Source of the DNA: an uncultured Verrucomicrobiae bacterium
GTDB lineage: Bacteria > Verrucomicrobiota > Verrucomicrobiia > Palsa-1439
Reading direction: 5' to 3'
Length of the DNA stretch: 64,000 nucleotides
Assembly (NCBI GenBank): GCA_963812605.1
Contig: CAWEWF010000001.1
Span: 448,001-512,000 of the forward strand
Shown: in pieces, positions 47,506 to 58,111 of the stretch
Layout of the letters: each line of letters begins with the position of its first letter
How positions within the stretch are numbered: the stretch's first letter is position 1
The notes under the pieces: generated by a model
Told to the model about the DNA's origin: nothing
The model's input: the letters and a program-made list of their open reading frames with translations, nothing else
Database searches by the model: none
Program-made: the position numbers and the translations under genes

Positions 47506-48803
47506 ACGTCCTGGCGCAACTCGTATTTGTACCCGATTTTCCCGAAATAAATTCGCAAGAACGGCGCGGTGATAACGGTGCTAAAAATGGCCATAAGCAC
47601 GAGCATGGTAAACACATTCGGCGGGATGACGCCAAGATCGAAACCGACATTGATCACCACGAGTTCCATGAGGGCGCGGGTGTTCATCATGATACCGAGG
47701 CAACCCGCGTCCGACCAGGTCAGGCCGCAGAACCGCGCGGCCACCGAGCAACCGAAAAACTTGCCGAAAGTGGCCGTGCCGATGATGACCAGGCACCAGC
47801 CCCAGAGCGCGGGCGAGTCGAGACCGTTTACGTTGGTGCGCAGCCCGGTAAACGTGAAGAAGATGGGCAGGAAGAAGACCGAGACGAAATGTGACACGGT
47901 TTTTTTCCAGGCGGCGACGAATTCGGGTTGATCGTGCAGCAACATCCCGAGGATGAACCCGCCAAAAATGACGAAAATGCCGAGGGAGTAGGTGACCAGG
48001 CCGTAAACGAAAACCAAACCGATAATCATCGCCATGAGATCGTGGGAGAGAAACTCATTGGCGGGATGGAAGGCGTTCACCAGCTTCTTCAGCAAGGGCC
48101 TGACGATGAAAAGGCTGATCAGAAGGAATACGACCAGCAACCCGAGGTTGATGGCAAAGGTCTGCGAGGAGAACTCGGAAACCGTCAAGGCGCTGACGAC
48201 TGCCAGCAGGATCCAGCCGACGACGTCATTGATGGCAGCGGCGGTAATGGCGATCGCGCCGATGCGGGTCTTCGTAATTCCCAGTTCCATCATGATCCGA
48301 CCCAGAATCGGGATGGCAGTGATGGACATGGCCACGGCGACGAACAAGCGGTAGCCCAGCGGATTCACCGACGGCGCGAGTGTTGCATGCGACGAAGCGG
48401 CCACCAGCCAGCCGAGGACGAAGGGCAGGGCGATCCCCGCGGCGGACACGCCGAGCATGATGTTGCGATTCTGTTTTTCGCGGAGATGACTGAAGTCGAA
48501 CTCGAGTCCGATTTGGAACATCAGCAGCACCAAGCCGATCTGGCTGAGAATGATCAGGGGCACCGGTGAAGTTGATTTGAAAACGAGGTTGAACTGGTCC
48601 GGAAACAACCGTCCAAATAATGACGGTCCCAGAAGCAGGCCGCCGACGATTTCCCCGACCACGCGGGGCTGTCCCAGCAATCGCGCGGTTTTCGCGGCCA
48701 GGCGCGCGGCGGCGAGGATGAAGAGGAGTTGCACCAGGGTGAAAGAGACGAGCTTTTCCGTCTCGTGGATGGAAGGGGTCGCGGCGGCGAGGACCGGGGT
48801 CAT
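47502..48803 (-). CDS. Cation:proton antiporter (CPA2 family)
   Basis: GQPRVVGEIVGGLLLGPS, MSITAIPILGRI, INDVVGW, MNTRALMELVV. Confidence 0.92.
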   Translation of the reverse strand: MTPVLAAATPSIHETEKLVSFTLVQLLFILAAARLAAKTARLLGQPRVVGEIVGGLLLGPSLFGRLFPDQFNLVFKSTSPVPLIILSQIGLVLLMFQIGLEFDFSHLREKQNRNIMLGVSAAGIALPFVLGWLVAASSHATLAPSVNPLGYRLFVAVAMSITAIPILGRIMMELGITKTRIGAIAITAAAINDVVGWILLAVVSALTVSEFSSQTFAINLGLLVVFLLISLFIVRPLLKKLVNAFHPANEFLSHDLMAMIIGLVFVYGLVTYSLGIFVIFGGFILGMLLHDQPEFVAAWKKTVSHFVSVFFLPIFFTFTGLRTNVNGLDSPALWGWCLVIIGTATFGKFFGCSVAARFCGLTWSDAGCLGIMMNTRALMELVVINVGFDLGVIPPNVFTMLVLMAIFSTVITAPFLRIYFGKIGYKYELRQDV

Positions 48804-48804
48804 A

Positions 48805-49812
48805 TCAGGAAAGCACCGCGGAGGAAGCGCCGTTGCGCAAGTGTTCCGCGATACTGATACGGCTGGGCTGACAGCCCGCCTGTTCGATGGCTGACAGCAC
48901 GCGCTCTTCATCCATAATGATGCGGTCACGTTTGTAGATCGGGTAATCGGAGCGAACGTTGCGGGGGGTGAAATTGATCGTGGCGAGGTTGGCGCCTGCC
49001 TGGAAAGCGCGCACGTAGCCGTTTGCGGAAACCAATTTCATGGCGCTGACGGCCGGGATGAGCCAACGGGGCGCGGTCAATCGCATCCAGGCCAGACAAT
49101 TCAAGGTTTGCTCGATGCACCCATTTGGCGCATCGGAGAAAGGAGTTTGTCCCCCGGCGACAAACGGGCTCACGCTGCCGCCCGCCAGTGGCAGTGTGGT
49201 CAATAACTGCAACGATTGCGTGAGGTGCTCATCGGTTTGTCCCGGCAGTCCCACGATCAATCCCGACGACACCTTCCAGCCGGTGCCGGCGAGATAACGG
49301 ATGGCCTCGATGCGTTGGGCCAGTGTTCCCGGGGCTTCGATGAAACGGTAGTGCTGCGCATCGCCGGTTTCAATTTTCAACACATAGTAATCACCGCCGG
49401 CTTCACGGAGTTCGTCGTACTCGCGCGATGTCAGCGTGCCGAGACAAAGCGTGACGCCGAGGTCGGTGCGCCGGCGCAACTCGCGCACCAGCGGCAGCAC
49501 GACTTCGCGCACCGCCACGGGATCTTCACCCGCCTGGATGTCAATGTCCGTGATGGAAGCGGGCCGGTGATGGATGATCAGGTCGGCGAGTTGGTCCGCC
49601 GCGAGCCGGTAGCGCGCCAGGTCGCGGTTGTCGCGCCGCATCGCGCAGTAATGGCAATTCTGGCGGCAATAGTTCGACAACTCCACGACGCCACGCACAA
49701 ATACGCGGCGGCCAAACACCGTGTCCCGCGCGGCGGCGGCCCGCGCATGAAATGCCTGTTGCACGCCATTGCCGCCGCCCAACCAAAAAAAATCTTGCCT
49801 GGTCTCACCCAT
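48805..49812 (-). CDS. HydE/PylB/BioB-like radical SAM enzyme
   Basis: RGVVELSNYCRQNCHYC (CxxxCxxC), QAGED, GLIVGLPGQT, AGAN...NFTP...YPIY. Confidence 0.85.
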   Translation of the reverse strand: MGETRQDFFWLGGGNGVQQAFHARAAAARDTVFGRRVFVRGVVELSNYCRQNCHYCAMRRDNRDLARYRLAADQLADLIIHHRPASITDIDIQAGEDPVAVREVVLPLVRELRRRTDLGVTLCLGTLTSREYDELREAGGDYYVLKIETGDAQHYRFIEAPGTLAQRIEAIRYLAGTGWKVSSGLIVGLPGQTDEHLTQSLQLLTTLPLAGGSVSPFVAGGQTPFSDAPNGCIEQTLNCLAWMRLTAPRWLIPAVSAMKLVSANGYVRAFQAGANLATINFTPRNVRSDYPIYKRDRIIMDEERVLSAIEQAGCQPSRISIAEHLRNGASSAVLS

Positions 49813-49942
49813 TGCTGATGAGAGCATAATAATCGATTGAGGAACAAACTCAACCCCGACTTCCAAATAATGGCGGAATTAGTACGGGGCTGTGCGGCAA
49901 GCGCCGACGGACAGGAGGCGAGGCGAAGGAGGGTGGGCCGTG

Positions 49943-50371
49943 TTACACCCGGGCACTCAACACGCGCGTGGAGGGATCGCCCACGAGTTTGCGGATGATT
50001 GAGAGCGCCTCGTCGATGCGGAGGGGCTTGTGGACGAAAGCGTCGATCGGATACTGCTTCATGATTTGGCGAAGATGCATTTCTTCGGCGCCCGAGAAGA
50101 GAACAACCTTGATATTCGGGTTCAACTTTCGCAGATGTTGGACGGTCTGGCCGCCATCGAGCGTGGGCATGAAGTAATCCAGCAACACGAGGTCGGTGCA
50201 GTCCGGGTTGCGCGCGAATTTCTCCAGTGCCCGCATGGGGTTCGAAGCGACTTCGACCGTGTAGCCGTGACGCTGCAAGACGCCTCTGGCGAGCGCGGAG
50301 TTGACGCTGTCATCATCGATGATCAGAATGCGGATGTCGTTTTGCGTGGCTTCGTTAATTGGGTCACTCAT
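49943..50371 (-). CDS. Single-domain response regulator
   Basis: ILIIDDD, LVLLDYFMP, FVHKP. Confidence 0.9.
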   Translation of the reverse strand: MSDPINEATQNDIRILIIDDDSVNSALARGVLQRHGYTVEVASNPMRALEKFARNPDCTDLVLLDYFMPTLDGGQTVQHLRKLNPNIKVVLFSGAEEMHLRQIMKQYPIDAFVHKPLRIDEALSIIRKLVGDPSTRVLSARV

Positions 50372-50482
50372 CGGCGTTTACGATCCTTTCCGCTAAATCT
50401 TCGCCTATTTTGTAGCAGGCGGTATGCCATTCGATATCCTGCGCCGTAATGATAGCCAAGTACTTGCGAAAGTGGCCCCAGA

Positions 50483-50905
50483 ATGGAATGGGCCCTGCTT
50501 TATTCGTTGTCCGTAATGGTGGCGATCAAGACCAAGAGCCGTGGCAGAGTCCTCGCGATCGACGATGAACCCGAACTTCTCGAGATCGTGAAGGGCAGCC
50601 TGGAACCTTATGGGTTCGAAGTCCACACGGCAACCAGCGGCAAGGAGGGCGTGGAATTCTATGAGCAAAACTGGAAAAACATCGACCTGGTTCTGCTCGA
50701 TTTCCTAATGCCGGGAATGAGCGGGGATTTGGTCTTCGAATGCCTGAAGCGGAAGAACCCCGATGTCCGCACCCTGCTGCTTACCGGCTGTGAAGATTCC
50801 GTGGCCAAGAGGATGTTTGAAGAGGGCCTTTGGGGCTACGTGCACAAACCGTTTGTCTTGCAAGAATTCGTGCAGCAAATAGCCGAAGCTATCGAATCCG
50901 TCTGA
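50483..50905 (+). CDS. Single-domain response regulator
   Basis: VLAIDDE, LVLLDFLMP, YVHKPF; start uncertain. Confidence 0.9.
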   Translation: MEWALLYSLSVMVAIKTKSRGRVLAIDDEPELLEIVKGSLEPYGFEVHTATSGKEGVEFYEQNWKNIDLVLLDFLMPGMSGDLVFECLKRKNPDVRTLLLTGCEDSVAKRMFEEGLWGYVHKPFVLQEFVQQIAEAIESV

Positions 50906-50929
50906 GTCGGACAGGCGGCAGCAACGGGA

Positions 50930-51553
50930 TCAGTACCGCTGGGAATTTGAATTCGGTCCGGAAGGAGGCGGGTTTTCGGTGCTGGAGACGCTCCGTTGCC
51001 CGGCTTGCTGAATTCCCTTTTTGAAGACCGACTCCCCGCCGTCGCCATAGCCAGAGATGAATCCACGTTGAAAATCATCGCGCACCCAGGACGGCCCATT
51101 GACGATGTAGGCTTGCAGATACTCGACAAACCAATTCCACGTGACTGTTTTGTTCCTCAGTCCCTTGCCGGCGTCATGACCCAGCACCAGATAACTGCGC
51201 GTGTCATTTGCCGGATAAACGGGAGCCCGGTCATTGTACGAAACCGCCGGGCCAGAGTCATAATAATATTGTGGCGCATAATTATAGCCGTCGTAATAAT
51301 AGGTCGGCGGATAATCGTAGTAATAATAGTAGTAGGGTGAACCATAATACGGGTACCAAAACGGGAACGCGCCGACAAAAAAGAACCCAGGCCGACCGTG
51401 AAAATGATCGTGATCGAAGTGGCCGCCGCCCCAGTGACCAACTGAGCCCTGACCCGGACCGCCAAACCCGCCCATGCGGGCGTTTGCGGATGGCAGTACG
51501 ACCAAAAACGGTATGCCCAACAGCAAAATCAAGTTTCGAAAGAACCGTTTCAT
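50930..51553 (-). CDS. Secreted Gly/His- and Tyr-rich hypothetical protein
   Basis: Signal peptide, GGGHFDHDHFH, PYYYYYYDYPP. Confidence 0.75.
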   Translation of the reverse strand: MKRFFRNLILLLGIPFLVVLPSANARMGGFGGPGQGSVGHWGGGHFDHDHFHGRPGFFFVGAFPFWYPYYGSPYYYYYYDYPPTYYYDGYNYAPQYYYDSGPAVSYNDRAPVYPANDTRSYLVLGHDAGKGLRNKTVTWNWFVEYLQAYIVNGPSWVRDDFQRGFISGYGDGGESVFKKGIQQAGQRSVSSTENPPPSGPNSNSQRY

Positions 51554-51699
51554 ATCTGATCACCTTTCTGCAAGATTAGATGCTTCGGAACGGGCTTTGG
51601 TTCAATAGTTGCCGTCGATGAAGGGACTTGGTATCCGCGCACTTAGGTTGCTTTCGTGTGGAATTTGTACTATTACCTACCGTAGGAACAGGGAGCGAG

Positions 51700-52164
51700 A
51701 TGGCGACGATCACTTTGGACGTCAATGGACGGAAACAGCCGGTCGATGTCGCGACGGATACGCCACTGTTATGGGTGCTACGCGAGACGCTGGGGATGAC
51801 GGGAACGAAGTTCGGTTGCGGCCGCGGTTTGTGTGGATCATGCACGGTGCATATCGACGGCGAAGCGATCCGCTCGTGCGTGACGCCGGTTGAGTCCGTC
51901 GAGGGGAAAAAGATTACGACCATCGAGGGGTTGTCATCCGACCGAAGCCACCGGCTGCAACGCGCGTGGATTGCGGAAGAGGTCCCGCAATGCGGCTACT
52001 GCCAGAGCGGGCAGATCATGACCGCGGCGGCGCTGCTCACGCGGAAACCGCATCCCACGGACGACGACATCGACGCCACGATGACCAACCTCTGCCGCTG
52101 CGGCACCTATGTGCGGATTCGGCGCGCGATTCATCGGGCGGCGCAGGAGGGAGGCGGGAAGTGA
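51700..52164 (+). CDS. (2Fe-2S)-binding subunit, IorA/CoxS-like
   Basis: [33 protein letters not shown]. Confidence 0.95.
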   Translation: MATITLDVNGRKQPVDVATDTPLLWVLRETLGMTGTKFGCGRGLCGSCTVHIDGEAIRSCVTPVESVEGKKITTIEGLSSDRSHRLQRAWIAEEVPQCGYCQSGQIMTAAALLTRKPHPTDDDIDATMTNLCRCGTYVRIRRAIHRAAQEGGGK

Positions 52165-54305
52165 ACACAACCGTTCCCGTCAATCGCCGCGATTTCATCA
52201 AGATTGTTTCCACGGCAGGCGGCGGGCTGCTCCTGGGCGTTTATTTACCGTCGCTGGCCCGCGTCTTCGCGGAGACGACGCCGAAATCCGGCGAGCTGTT
52301 CGCGCCCAACGCCTGGATTCGCATTACGCCTGACAACGTGATCACCATTCTCGTGGACAAATCCGAGATGGGACAGGGAGTGGAGACCTCGCTGCCGATG
52401 CTGGTGGCGGAGGAATTGGAAGTGAATCTGGCGAAGATCCGCACGGAATTCGCGCCGGCGGGGCCGGCGTACCAGAATCCTCGGATGGGTCAGCAGGGAA
52501 CCGGTGGCAGCAGCAGTGTGCATGCGTCCTTCGATCCGTTGCGCCGGGCCGGCGCCACTGCCCGCGAGATGTTGATCGCCGCCGCGGCACAACAGTGGGG
52601 GACCGATCCCCAATCGTGCCACGCGCGCGATGGATTCGTCATCAACGAACACACTGACAAGAAACTCAGTTATGGCGAGTTGGTTGAGACGGCGGCGAAA
52701 ATTCCCGTGCCGAAGAATGTCGCGCTGAAAGAGGCGAAGGATTGGACGTTGGTGGGCAAGCCTGCTCATCGCCTTGATACGCCACTTAAGGTGGACGGCA
52801 CGGCAGTCTTCGGCATCGATGTGAAAGTGCCCGACGCGCTCGTGGCGGTCGTGGCGCGCTGCCCGGTGTTTGGCGGGAAAGTGAAGAGCTTTGACGCGAC
52901 CGCGGCGAAAAAGATGGCGGGCGTGAAGAATGTTTTGCAGATCGGCAACGGCGTGGCGGTGGTGGCAGATGGATTTTGGGCGGCGAAGAAAGGCCGCGAC
53001 GCACTCAAGATCGAATGGGATGAGGGCGTCAACGCCAAACTCAGCAGCGCCAGCATCACGGAGAAACTGAAGGCGCTTGCGGAGAAGCCCGGCGCGGACG
53101 CGCGCAAGGAAGGCGATGCCGACAAGGCGCTGGACGGCGCGACCAAAAGGATTGAAGCGGTTTATGAAGTGCCGTTCCTCGCGCACGCGACGATGGAACC
53201 GATGAATTGCACGGCGCGCGTGCGCAAGGATGGCTGTGACGTCTGGGTCGGCACGCAAGGGCAGACGCTGGCGCAACGCACGGTGGTGGGGATCACCGGA
53301 CTCCCCGTCGAAGCGGTCAAGATCCATACAACGTATCTCGGCGGCGGTTTTGGACGGCGGTTTGCGGCGGATTTTGTGGCGGACGCGGTCGAAACTTCCA
53401 AGGCAATCGGCGCGCCCGTGAAAGTCATCTGGACCCGCGAGGAGGATATGCAGCATGACCTGTATCGGCCCGCGACGTATAACCGGCTGGCGGCGGCGCT
53501 GGACAAGGACGGTTTGCCCGTGGCGTGGACCCATCGGATTGTCGGGCCGTCCATCATGATGGGCGTGTTTCCGGGCGCGGTGAAAGATGGCATTGACCCG
53601 ACGGGTGTCGAGGGCGCGGCGAACCTGCCCTACGACATTGCGAATATCCATGTCGAGTACACGATTGCCGATTTGGGAGTGCCGGTGTGGTTCTGGCGTT
53701 CGGTGGGCAATTCGCAGAATTCGTTCATCACAGAAAGCTTTTTTGACGAACTTGCGGTGGCGGCGGGCAAGGACCCGTTTGAATTTCGCCGGGGGCTGCT
53801 GGAGAAATCGCCGCGACACAAGGCCGTGCTGGAATTGGCGGCGGCGAAAGCGGGTTGGGGGCAGCCGTTGCCGAAAGGCCGGGCGCGCGGCATCGCGGTG
53901 GCCGAATCCTTTGGCACTTTCGTGGCCGAAGTCGCGGAGGTGTCGCTCGATGAGGATGGCGGCGTGAAGGTGAACCGCGTGGTGTGCGCGGTGGATTGCG
54001 GCACGGTGGTCAATCCGGACACCGTCGCGGCGCAGATGGAAAGCGCCATCGTGTTCGGGCTGACGGCGGCGCTCAAAGGCGAGATCACGATTGAGAACGG
54101 GCGCGTCAAGCAGGGCAGCTTCGACAACTACGCGTTGTTGTCCATGGCCGAGACGCCCGTGATTGAGGTGCACATCGTGCCGAGCCGGGAAACCTGCGGC
54201 GGTATCGGCGAACCGGGCACGCCGCCGATTGCTCCCGCGGTCTGCAACGCCGTGTTCGCCTTGACGGGCAAACGCATCCGGCGATTGCCGATCAAAATTG
54301 CCTAG
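52161..54305 (+). CDS. Xanthine dehydrogenase family molybdopterin-binding subunit, IorB-like, Tat signal
   Basis: [39 protein letters not shown]. Confidence 0.94.
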   Translation: MNTTVPVNRRDFIKIVSTAGGGLLLGVYLPSLARVFAETTPKSGELFAPNAWIRITPDNVITILVDKSEMGQGVETSLPMLVAEELEVNLAKIRTEFAPAGPAYQNPRMGQQGTGGSSSVHASFDPLRRAGATAREMLIAAAAQQWGTDPQSCHARDGFVINEHTDKKLSYGELVETAAKIPVPKNVALKEAKDWTLVGKPAHRLDTPLKVDGTAVFGIDVKVPDALVAVVARCPVFGGKVKSFDATAAKKMAGVKNVLQIGNGVAVVADGFWAAKKGRDALKIEWDEGVNAKLSSASITEKLKALAEKPGADARKEGDADKALDGATKRIEAVYEVPFLAHATMEPMNCTARVRKDGCDVWVGTQGQTLAQRTVVGITGLPVEAVKIHTTYLGGGFGRRFAADFVADAVETSKAIGAPVKVIWTREEDMQHDLYRPATYNRLAAALDKDGLPVAWTHRIVGPSIMMGVFPGAVKDGIDPTGVEGAANLPYDIANIHVEYTIADLGVPVWFWRSVGNSQNSFITESFFDELAVAAGKDPFEFRRGLLEKSPRHKAVLELAAAKAGWGQPLPKGRARGIAVAESFGTFVAEVAEVSLDEDGGVKVNRVVCAVDCGTVVNPDTVAAQMESAIVFGLTAALKGEITIENGRVKQGSFDNYALLSMAETPVIEVHIVPSRETCGGIGEPGTPPIAPAVCNAVFALTGKRIRRLPIKIA

Positions 54306-55721
54306 GGAGCGAGCGGCAGGAAATCTTTCGTCATGGTGTTTCTCCAGGATCGGCTGACGGCCGTTTTGCTACCGCTCAAGTTCATGAGTACAACTTCTGC
54401 ACGGTTCGAGCTTCCCGAAGGATCGCCGGCCGGCACAGCCAGCGCGATTTCATTGGCGTTTCGCCAACTCGGGATGAGTTGGTCAGAGTTTTGGTTGTTG
54501 GTATAGACGTTGGCTTCCTGTAGCGGCACCAATTTTCCGGTGTCCAGGAACAAGATACTCACCTCCCCGGCATTGCCGGGGATTGCCACCTTCTTTTTGT
54601 CCGGGCTGAGCGCAAAGCGGTCGGCGCGGTTTGGCAAATGTTCGATGTCCGCCGGGAGGACGACTGATTCGACGGACTGGGTTGCACCGGCTGGGAGCGC
54701 GAACAATGTGAGTTGACCCGGCATATCGGCGGTGATGGCCGGCAGGTGAACGGGAGCCGCGGCGAATAAAATCCGTCCGTCCGGCAGGCAGGCCACGTGC
54801 GTGACATTTCCACTGAGCAGCACGCCGGCCAGGTCTTTGGCCGGAGGGAACTCGGCGAGTAGCTGGTCGTTCGTCCCACAAACTTGGTGGGTGGTGATGG
54901 TGCCGAGTTGCACGCTCTTGCTCAGGAACTCGGTACGGTACCGTAAATTTGGCGTAAACAAGGTTTTGGCCGTCGATCGACCAGTCGGCTTCGGTAGCGC
55001 CTTCGTCCACCAAGGTGGTTTGAGCATGGGGGGTTCGGGGGATGACATAGAGGGACGGGTGTTCCGGTGTATCCCCGGCAAACGCGATCACTTGTCCGTT
55101 CGGCGAGGCCGCCACCCAGAGAATCCCGAAGGGGAAACGGACCAGCAGTTGATCGGCAGGCGGTTCGGACGGCAGAACATTGCGGATGACGATCTCGTGG
55201 ATGTCGGGAGTGAGGTCATCGATCTTGGCTTTTTCATCCGCCGACATTGCTTCGAGGATCGGGGCGATGGCCTGTGGATTGGTTTGTCGGAGATAGAACG
55301 TCACCGACAGAACCGATGCGTGAATCGCCTCTGCCTGATCCCATTTCTTGTACGACACGGAGTCGGTGAAGTTGCTCCACGCGCCATGGTAATCCTGGAT
55401 GACTTTCACGAGGCGGTCGGCGGCTTCGGTCACGCGGTCAACGTTGTCGGTGCCCAGCAACTGTGCGTATTCATCCCAATTCTTCGGTTTGACGGCGCGG
55501 TCGACGATTACGTGATGCGAATCTGGAAGCCACGCGCGGGCGTCGGTCGCCGGGCCGAGGATGGCGCCGGAACTGTCCACCAGCCAGGTGCCATCAGCGC
55601 CCTGCACGAAAGCGTGCTGGCCGTCAGGCGCCCAATGGATGAACTCGTGCAGGTCGCAGCCGGCGGTCAACAGCAGGATACCGCTGAAGACACCGGCGAG
55701 GAAGCGACGGGAAAAGGTCAT
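54302..55721 (-). CDS. Lipoprotein with TolB-like repeats; split by a frameshift near 54932
   Basis: LTAGC lipobox; WAPDG, SPNG, WSIDG, SPDKKK repeats across two overlapping ORFs. Confidence 0.65.
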
Positions 55722-56176
55722 TGTACGTTCTCCTTTGAGTTGGCGGCGGCGGAAGCCAGAAGATAAATTCGCTGGTTGGACCAGAAGGGAAGCGATTCGA
55801 TCTTGTTCTTCACAAGAGCCGGTTGAATTTTCGCAATCGTTGGTGGACGGGCAACCACAACGTTTTCCCGAAGAGGGTTTGCGCGGATCACCAGCGCGGT
55901 GAGGCCCACGCCGATTACGAACGAAGCCGCCAAGGCGAACACCTGCTCGGCGCGATGTCGCCAGACAAGGCGATGAACCTGGTTGGGCATCTCGACAACG
56001 GGGGCGGGGCGACGCATTACTTCGGTGGCCAGGCGAACTGTCTCCTGCAATTCACGGGCCTGCGTTGCTGCGGCGGGATCGTTGGCGAGATAATCGGCCA
56101 ACAACACCTCGGCGTCGGGGTCGAGGCGTCCCAGCGCGCGGTCCATCAACAAGCGTTCCAAAATATCGGGCTTCAT
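55718..56176 (-). CDS. Putative anti-sigma factor
   Basis: Follows an ECF sigma; N-terminal ALGRLD...LADYL, single TM. Confidence 0.75.
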   Translation of the reverse strand: MKPDILERLLMDRALGRLDPDAEVLLADYLANDPAAATQARELQETVRLATEVMRRPAPVVEMPNQVHRLVWRHRAEQVFALAASFVIGVGLTALVIRANPLRENVVVARPPTIAKIQPALVKNKIESLPFWSNQRIYLLASAAANSKENVQ

Positions 56177-56664
56177 GATTTTGTTTCCTCCGGCTTTATC
56201 ATCGTGCCGCGCAACTGGCGCACGGCATTGTGCAACCGCGAGCGGACGGTCCCGATGGGGATGTCCAGCACGTGGGCGATTTCTTCGTAGGACAATTCCT
56301 GTTCGAGGCGCAGTTCCAGCGTGTCGCGCAATTCGGCGGGGAGATTGCGAATGGCCTCCCGCATGACGGCGAGGCGGTCGTCTTTGGCTTCCGGTGCGGA
56401 TTCGTACCAGAGCTGCGCGACGGCGGATGGATCACGCTGACGGCGGTAATGCCGCGCGAGCATGTGACGGGCGATGCCGAACAACCAGGCGCGCGGCATG
56501 GTCACCGCCGGCAGTTGATCTGTCTGGCGGACGACCTGCAGGAATGTTTCCTGCAAGAGGTCGCCGGCCGTCGCGGTATCGGGACAGCGCCGCGCGAGGT
56601 AGCTATACAGCTCGCCCGCATGCTGTCGATACAATTGCTCGATCAAACCTGGCTCGGATTGCAC
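56173..56664 (-). CDS. ECF RNA polymerase sigma factor
   Basis: DLLQETF, WLFGIARH, SYEEIA.VLDIPIGTVRSRL. Confidence 0.94.
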   Translation of the reverse strand: MQSEPGLIEQLYRQHAGELYSYLARRCPDTATAGDLLQETFLQVVRQTDQLPAVTMPRAWLFGIARHMLARHYRRQRDPSAVAQLWYESAPEAKDDRLAVMREAIRNLPAELRDTLELRLEQELSYEEIAHVLDIPIGTVRSRLHNAVRQLRGTMIKPEETKS

Positions 56665-56791
56665 GTTCGTAGGATTGTCTCCTGTATCCTAGTAGTTGCA
56701 AGTCGAACCGGAAAAGTTCACGGGCTTGCTTTTTGTTGCGGTGTGGCTCAGTTTCGGACTGGTAACTTTCATGGCAGAAGTGAGCAATATA

Positions 56792-57234
56792 ATGCAGTTG
56801 TCGAGAAGTGTTCTGATTACGCTTGCTGCAGGTTTTCTAGTATTGGCGGGTTGCCAGCGGAACGAAGAGGATCGTTATACTCACGCCGTTCCGGCGAGGA
56901 GCTAACTGCGAAGGCTTCCAAGCAGGATGGTCAAATTGACAGCTGGCTCGTGCGCAGCACCAATGGAATTCCGCTCCGCTGGGTTCGCGATGGGAATCAT
57001 GGCGGCAGACCGGATTCCTGGTCCTTCTTCAAAGACGGCAAGGCGTTCCTCGACGAGGTCGATTCCGACCATGATGGGAAAGTCGACACCATTTACCTTC
57101 ACGTGCTGAGTGAGGACAAGACTCGAGTCAGGGAATTCTCATTCACATTGGATGATCGCGAAAAGAATGTATTCACGGAGCGTGAAGATTCAGGCTGGCA
57201 AGAATTGCAGAAGCAAGAGAAGAAGGGCAAATAA
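56792..57234 (+). CDS. Putative lipoprotein, frameshifted near 56890
   Basis: LAGC lipobox in one frame; DGNHGGRPD / DSDHDGKVD repeats in the adjacent frame. Confidence 0.55.
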
Positions 57235-57281
57235 CTATTTGGAGCATTGGAGCCGAGGCTCGTAGGGTATTACGAAAGGCC

Positions 57282-57306
57282 GCCGCGTCGGGGCACGCGG
57301 CCTACA
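57282..57306 (-). repeat. GTAG-type REP-like palindrome
   Basis: Minus strand TGTAGGCCGCGTGCCCCGACGCGGC; another at 57935-57958 (GGTAGCGCGACCGTCCCGGTTGCG). Confidence 0.55.
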
Positions 57307-57337
57307 ACGGCCGGCCGAAGAAGGACGCAGTTGTCGG

Positions 57338-57812
57338 TCAGGGCTTACCGCCGCTGCTGAGTTGCTTTTCGTAGAAAATGCAGTCGAAGTCAGCGAGCTT
57401 GCCGCGGCGGACTTCCTTGAAGCCGTTTTTGGTGTAGAAATGCTGTGCGCCGACGAGGACGACGGCGGTATCCAGGTGCAACACGGAGTATCCCAGTTCT
57501 CGGGCTCGCTTTTCCAGGGCCGCGTAGATTGCCTGGCCGAATCCGTGTCTTTGAAAGTCGGCATGGACGCGCATCCGTTTGATCTCGGCTCGATCGGGGT
57601 CGGTTCGCCGCAGCGCGCCCATGGCGACGACGCGGTCTTGAAGCGTGCCGACAAGGAACTCGCCTCCGTTGTCCAAGTAGGACGGCTTCAATTTGATCCA
57701 GATCCGTATCCTATGCGCCGCCGATGTAGGCACCGGCGGCGAGCAGGGCCGTTTTGTGCAATTCGCAGACAGCATTGTGGTCGGACGGTTGATAGCGGCG
57801 AATTTGTAGCAT
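57338..57812 (-). pseudogene. GNAT acetyltransferase with in-frame TAG (57711-57713) and a frameshift
   Basis: MLQIRRYQPSD...GGA*DTDLDQIEAV, then YLDNGGEFLVG...AEIKRMRV..DFQRHGFG...FYTKNGF in another frame. Confidence 0.75.
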
Positions 57813-58111
57813 GATTGGGCCCTAGAACTGATCTCACAAATGGTGAGGGACAGGCTTCTGTGCCTGTCAAAATCCAACTACACAGGCAGGGAAGCCTTCG
57901 GGGTGCCACCGAACGTTTATGAAATGAAGACGGCCGCAACCGGGACGGTCGCGCTACCGGGGAATCGATTGATTGCGAAACACGTTTCGGTCGGCGTGCA
58001 GGGCTGATGTTTGGCGGGTTGCGGAGAGGCTAGCTGAATTTGCTTTTCGCGGCGGGGGTGACGCGTTACACTGCGTTCGACCTGACACGGCTGCGGTAGG
58101 CGAGAAGCAGC

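Noticed and set aside
26523-57713. Amber recoding (pyrrolysine), suggested by in-frame TAGs in the DUF2971-like and GNAT genes plus a PylB-related radical SAM
   Set aside because: No pylS/pylT/pylC/pylD seen; TAG is the normal stop of rph, iorB-like and fabI; both genes also carry frameshifts, so decay or error is simpler
2577-57812. Programmed frameshifting in trxA, the 5451-6785 gene, the TolB-like gene, the 56792 lipoprotein and the GNAT
   Set aside because: Scattered single-base indels without slippery heptamers, in unrelated genes, fit consensus errors or decay; read pileups are needed
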